NCBI RefSeq assembly: GCF_018977255.1
Contig: NW_024704743.1
Span: forward strand, 65,226,001 to 65,290,000
Direction: 5' to 3'
From: Callorhinchus milii
Lineage: Eukaryota
Length of the DNA stretch: 64,000 bases
Made by a program: the position numbers and the translations under genes. The notes under the pieces are model-generated. The model searched no databases. It was not told the DNA's origin and saw nothing but the letters and a program-made list of their open reading frames with translations. This document shows, piece by piece, positions 62,076 to 64,000 of the stretch (positions are counted from its first letter, which is position 1; the number at the start of each line of letters is the position of its first letter).

Positions 62076-63759
62076 TATTTGGCTACCCCCCCCCATGCCC
62101 CATCTCTCCTGTCCCAGTCTGGGCTGACACACCAATGCAACACTGGAGGGCATTGCATTGTGAGAGGTACCGTTCCTCAAATGAGGCATTAAACCCAGTC
62201 TCTTCAGCCTATTCAGATTGGCTTTAAAGATCCCATAGCACGATTTGAAAAGAGAAGTGAATTTCTCTCAGCATCCTGGCCAACAATCACCCACATAAAA
62301 TTGATCCTTCACTTTAAAGCTGCTTGTGGGACATTGATGTGCATAAATTGAATGTGCTCGCCAATGAAATACAGCAACAACAAATTGCGTTTGAATAGCG
62401 CCTTTCAGGCACTGACAGCATCAATATCCATGGATCCAACACCTACCTCAATGAGCCTTGGCCCTTAAATGTCCTTTCTACCCCAAGATCCGTTCTGCCT
62501 TCCCCCACCTCCGCAACATCCCCTGGCGTCACCACTGGCTCACCCCTCATCCCCTCCTTGTCGAGAGCCTCATCTTGTGGTCCTGGAGTTGAGTGTGGAG
62601 ACAGAGAGGGAGTGACGGTAGAGGAAGGAGCGAAATACAGTCACCAAACTTTATAGAAAATCCTATGAAGCGCTTCTGAGACATCCTTCTGACAATAAAG
62701 GCGTTATATAGAATGGAAGGATAATTTTTATTTAAGTGTACTACCTGACATGTATTTAACAGACAGACAGTACACATGGTTAGAGGCTTGAAACTAAGTC
62801 CAGTTCAGGCGATGGTGGCAAAGTACTCTGATCTGTATAATTTACTTCCCATCAGAGCCACCCATTAGCACCCCTGCTGCTAAAGACAAAACGTTAAGCA
62901 CAGCAGCAATGCATCCCCACAGTGTAGTCAGCTATACATCATTTACCAGTGAACTATTCTTTTTGTACAAATCTCTTTGTGAAATGTATATGCAGCTCTT
63001 AGAAAACAACTTCTAGTTCTTGTTTCCAGTGCCAATAAATAACAAGTTCTACAATTATATGCCCAACCTGAAGGATTACTGGTAAACCGTTGATAGTTTC
63101 ACCTCAGTGTAGTTACTCTCATGTGAGGTAGTCCATTGATGACTTGCAGGGAACAAAAGAGAGAGGATCTATTTAACATTTGACATCGTACTATGTAAAA
63201 TTATTCAGCTCATTCCATTAGAAGGTGTTGCAGATAATCTGCCTGACATCAACAGATTTCTGTGCTTCCCCTTTCCTCTTCTCTGTATTGCTCAATTACT
63301 GTAAGTCACCCATATACAAAAATGGTACCAGGGATGTAGCTATATGAAGATATTTGAAAATGTGGGAGTGTTTTCAATGGAAAGGAGACGGTTAAGAGCA
63401 GATCTAATAAAGATTTTCAATATTATGAATAGTTTTGATAGGGACAGACTATTTTTAATGAGTGGTGAGTAGGTAATAAAAGGGATTAAAATTGAGAATT
63501 ATTACCAGGAAAAAAGTAATCTGTAACAGCATTTAAAGAGAATCAGATAAACACTTGAAGATAAACAATATTAAAGCATAGGAGCAGGGGAATGGGATTA
63601 GAGTACAAGGTGTTCCCAAAGGCTTGTTAGTCATATGTTTATATTCTACAGTGCACTGACCAACAACTGAAACATGTGGAAGAATGATGATAATTGTATT
63701 TAGAGGTACTAAATTGTATTGAGTACACGTGTTTAACTGTATTTAGACACCAGCCTGGT

Positions 63760-64000
63760 ACACCAGCCATCTCCATTCCCTCAAGGCACAAAGTCGAGCT
63801 GCCGAACGAGCCTGGACCAAATCCAAACTAACGGTCCAACGGCAGATTTGGCTTCACCACACCAAGATCTACCACTGTACTCTTGCCTTCGCCAAATCCT
63901 CCTTCTACTCCAAGGTTATCTTGGAGGCAAAGGACAACCCCCGCCTTCTCTTTTCCACCACTAACCGTCTCCTCCGTCCACCTTCCCATACCTCGCCCAT
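63760..64000 (+). mobile_element. L2-type LINE ORF2 fragment running off the window
   Basis: SRAAERAWTKSKLTVQRQIW...AKSSFYSKVILEAKDNPRLLFSTTNRLL, typical of the EN-RT linker. Confidence 0.7.

Noticed and set aside
63209..63300. Possible + strand exon (ttattcag...ct/gtaagt; LIPLEGVADNLPDINRFLCFPFPLLCIAQL) of a downstream gene
   Set aside because: Weak acceptor, no recognisable homology and no second exon in the window.

Overview
Vertebrate genomic DNA; the CR1, L2 and Deu-domain SINE content points to a cartilaginous fish (inference). One complete protein-coding gene is supported: HUS1 (9-1-1 checkpoint clamp subunit), + strand, 8 coding exons at 45864-58658, 284 aa, all introns GT-AG. Upstream (17.4-45.7 kb) is a dense initiator tRNA-Met (CAU) cluster with 18 perfect 72-nt copies, 2 near-perfect variants and 8 degenerate or split copies. 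Most of the cluster sits in a ~25-kb inverted duplication (arms 11808-24315 and 26587-36985, 2.3-kb spacer) whose outer ends carry stacked GC-rich satellites. The last intact tRNA-iMet lies head-to-head with HUS1, 156 nt from its ATG. The HUS1 CpG-island promoter appears to be a GC-shifted copy of the tRNA repeat unit. The rest is LINE/SINE fragments and simple repeats, and the long ORFs in the ORF track are repeat artefacts. Everything was read by eye and no alignments or database searches were run.
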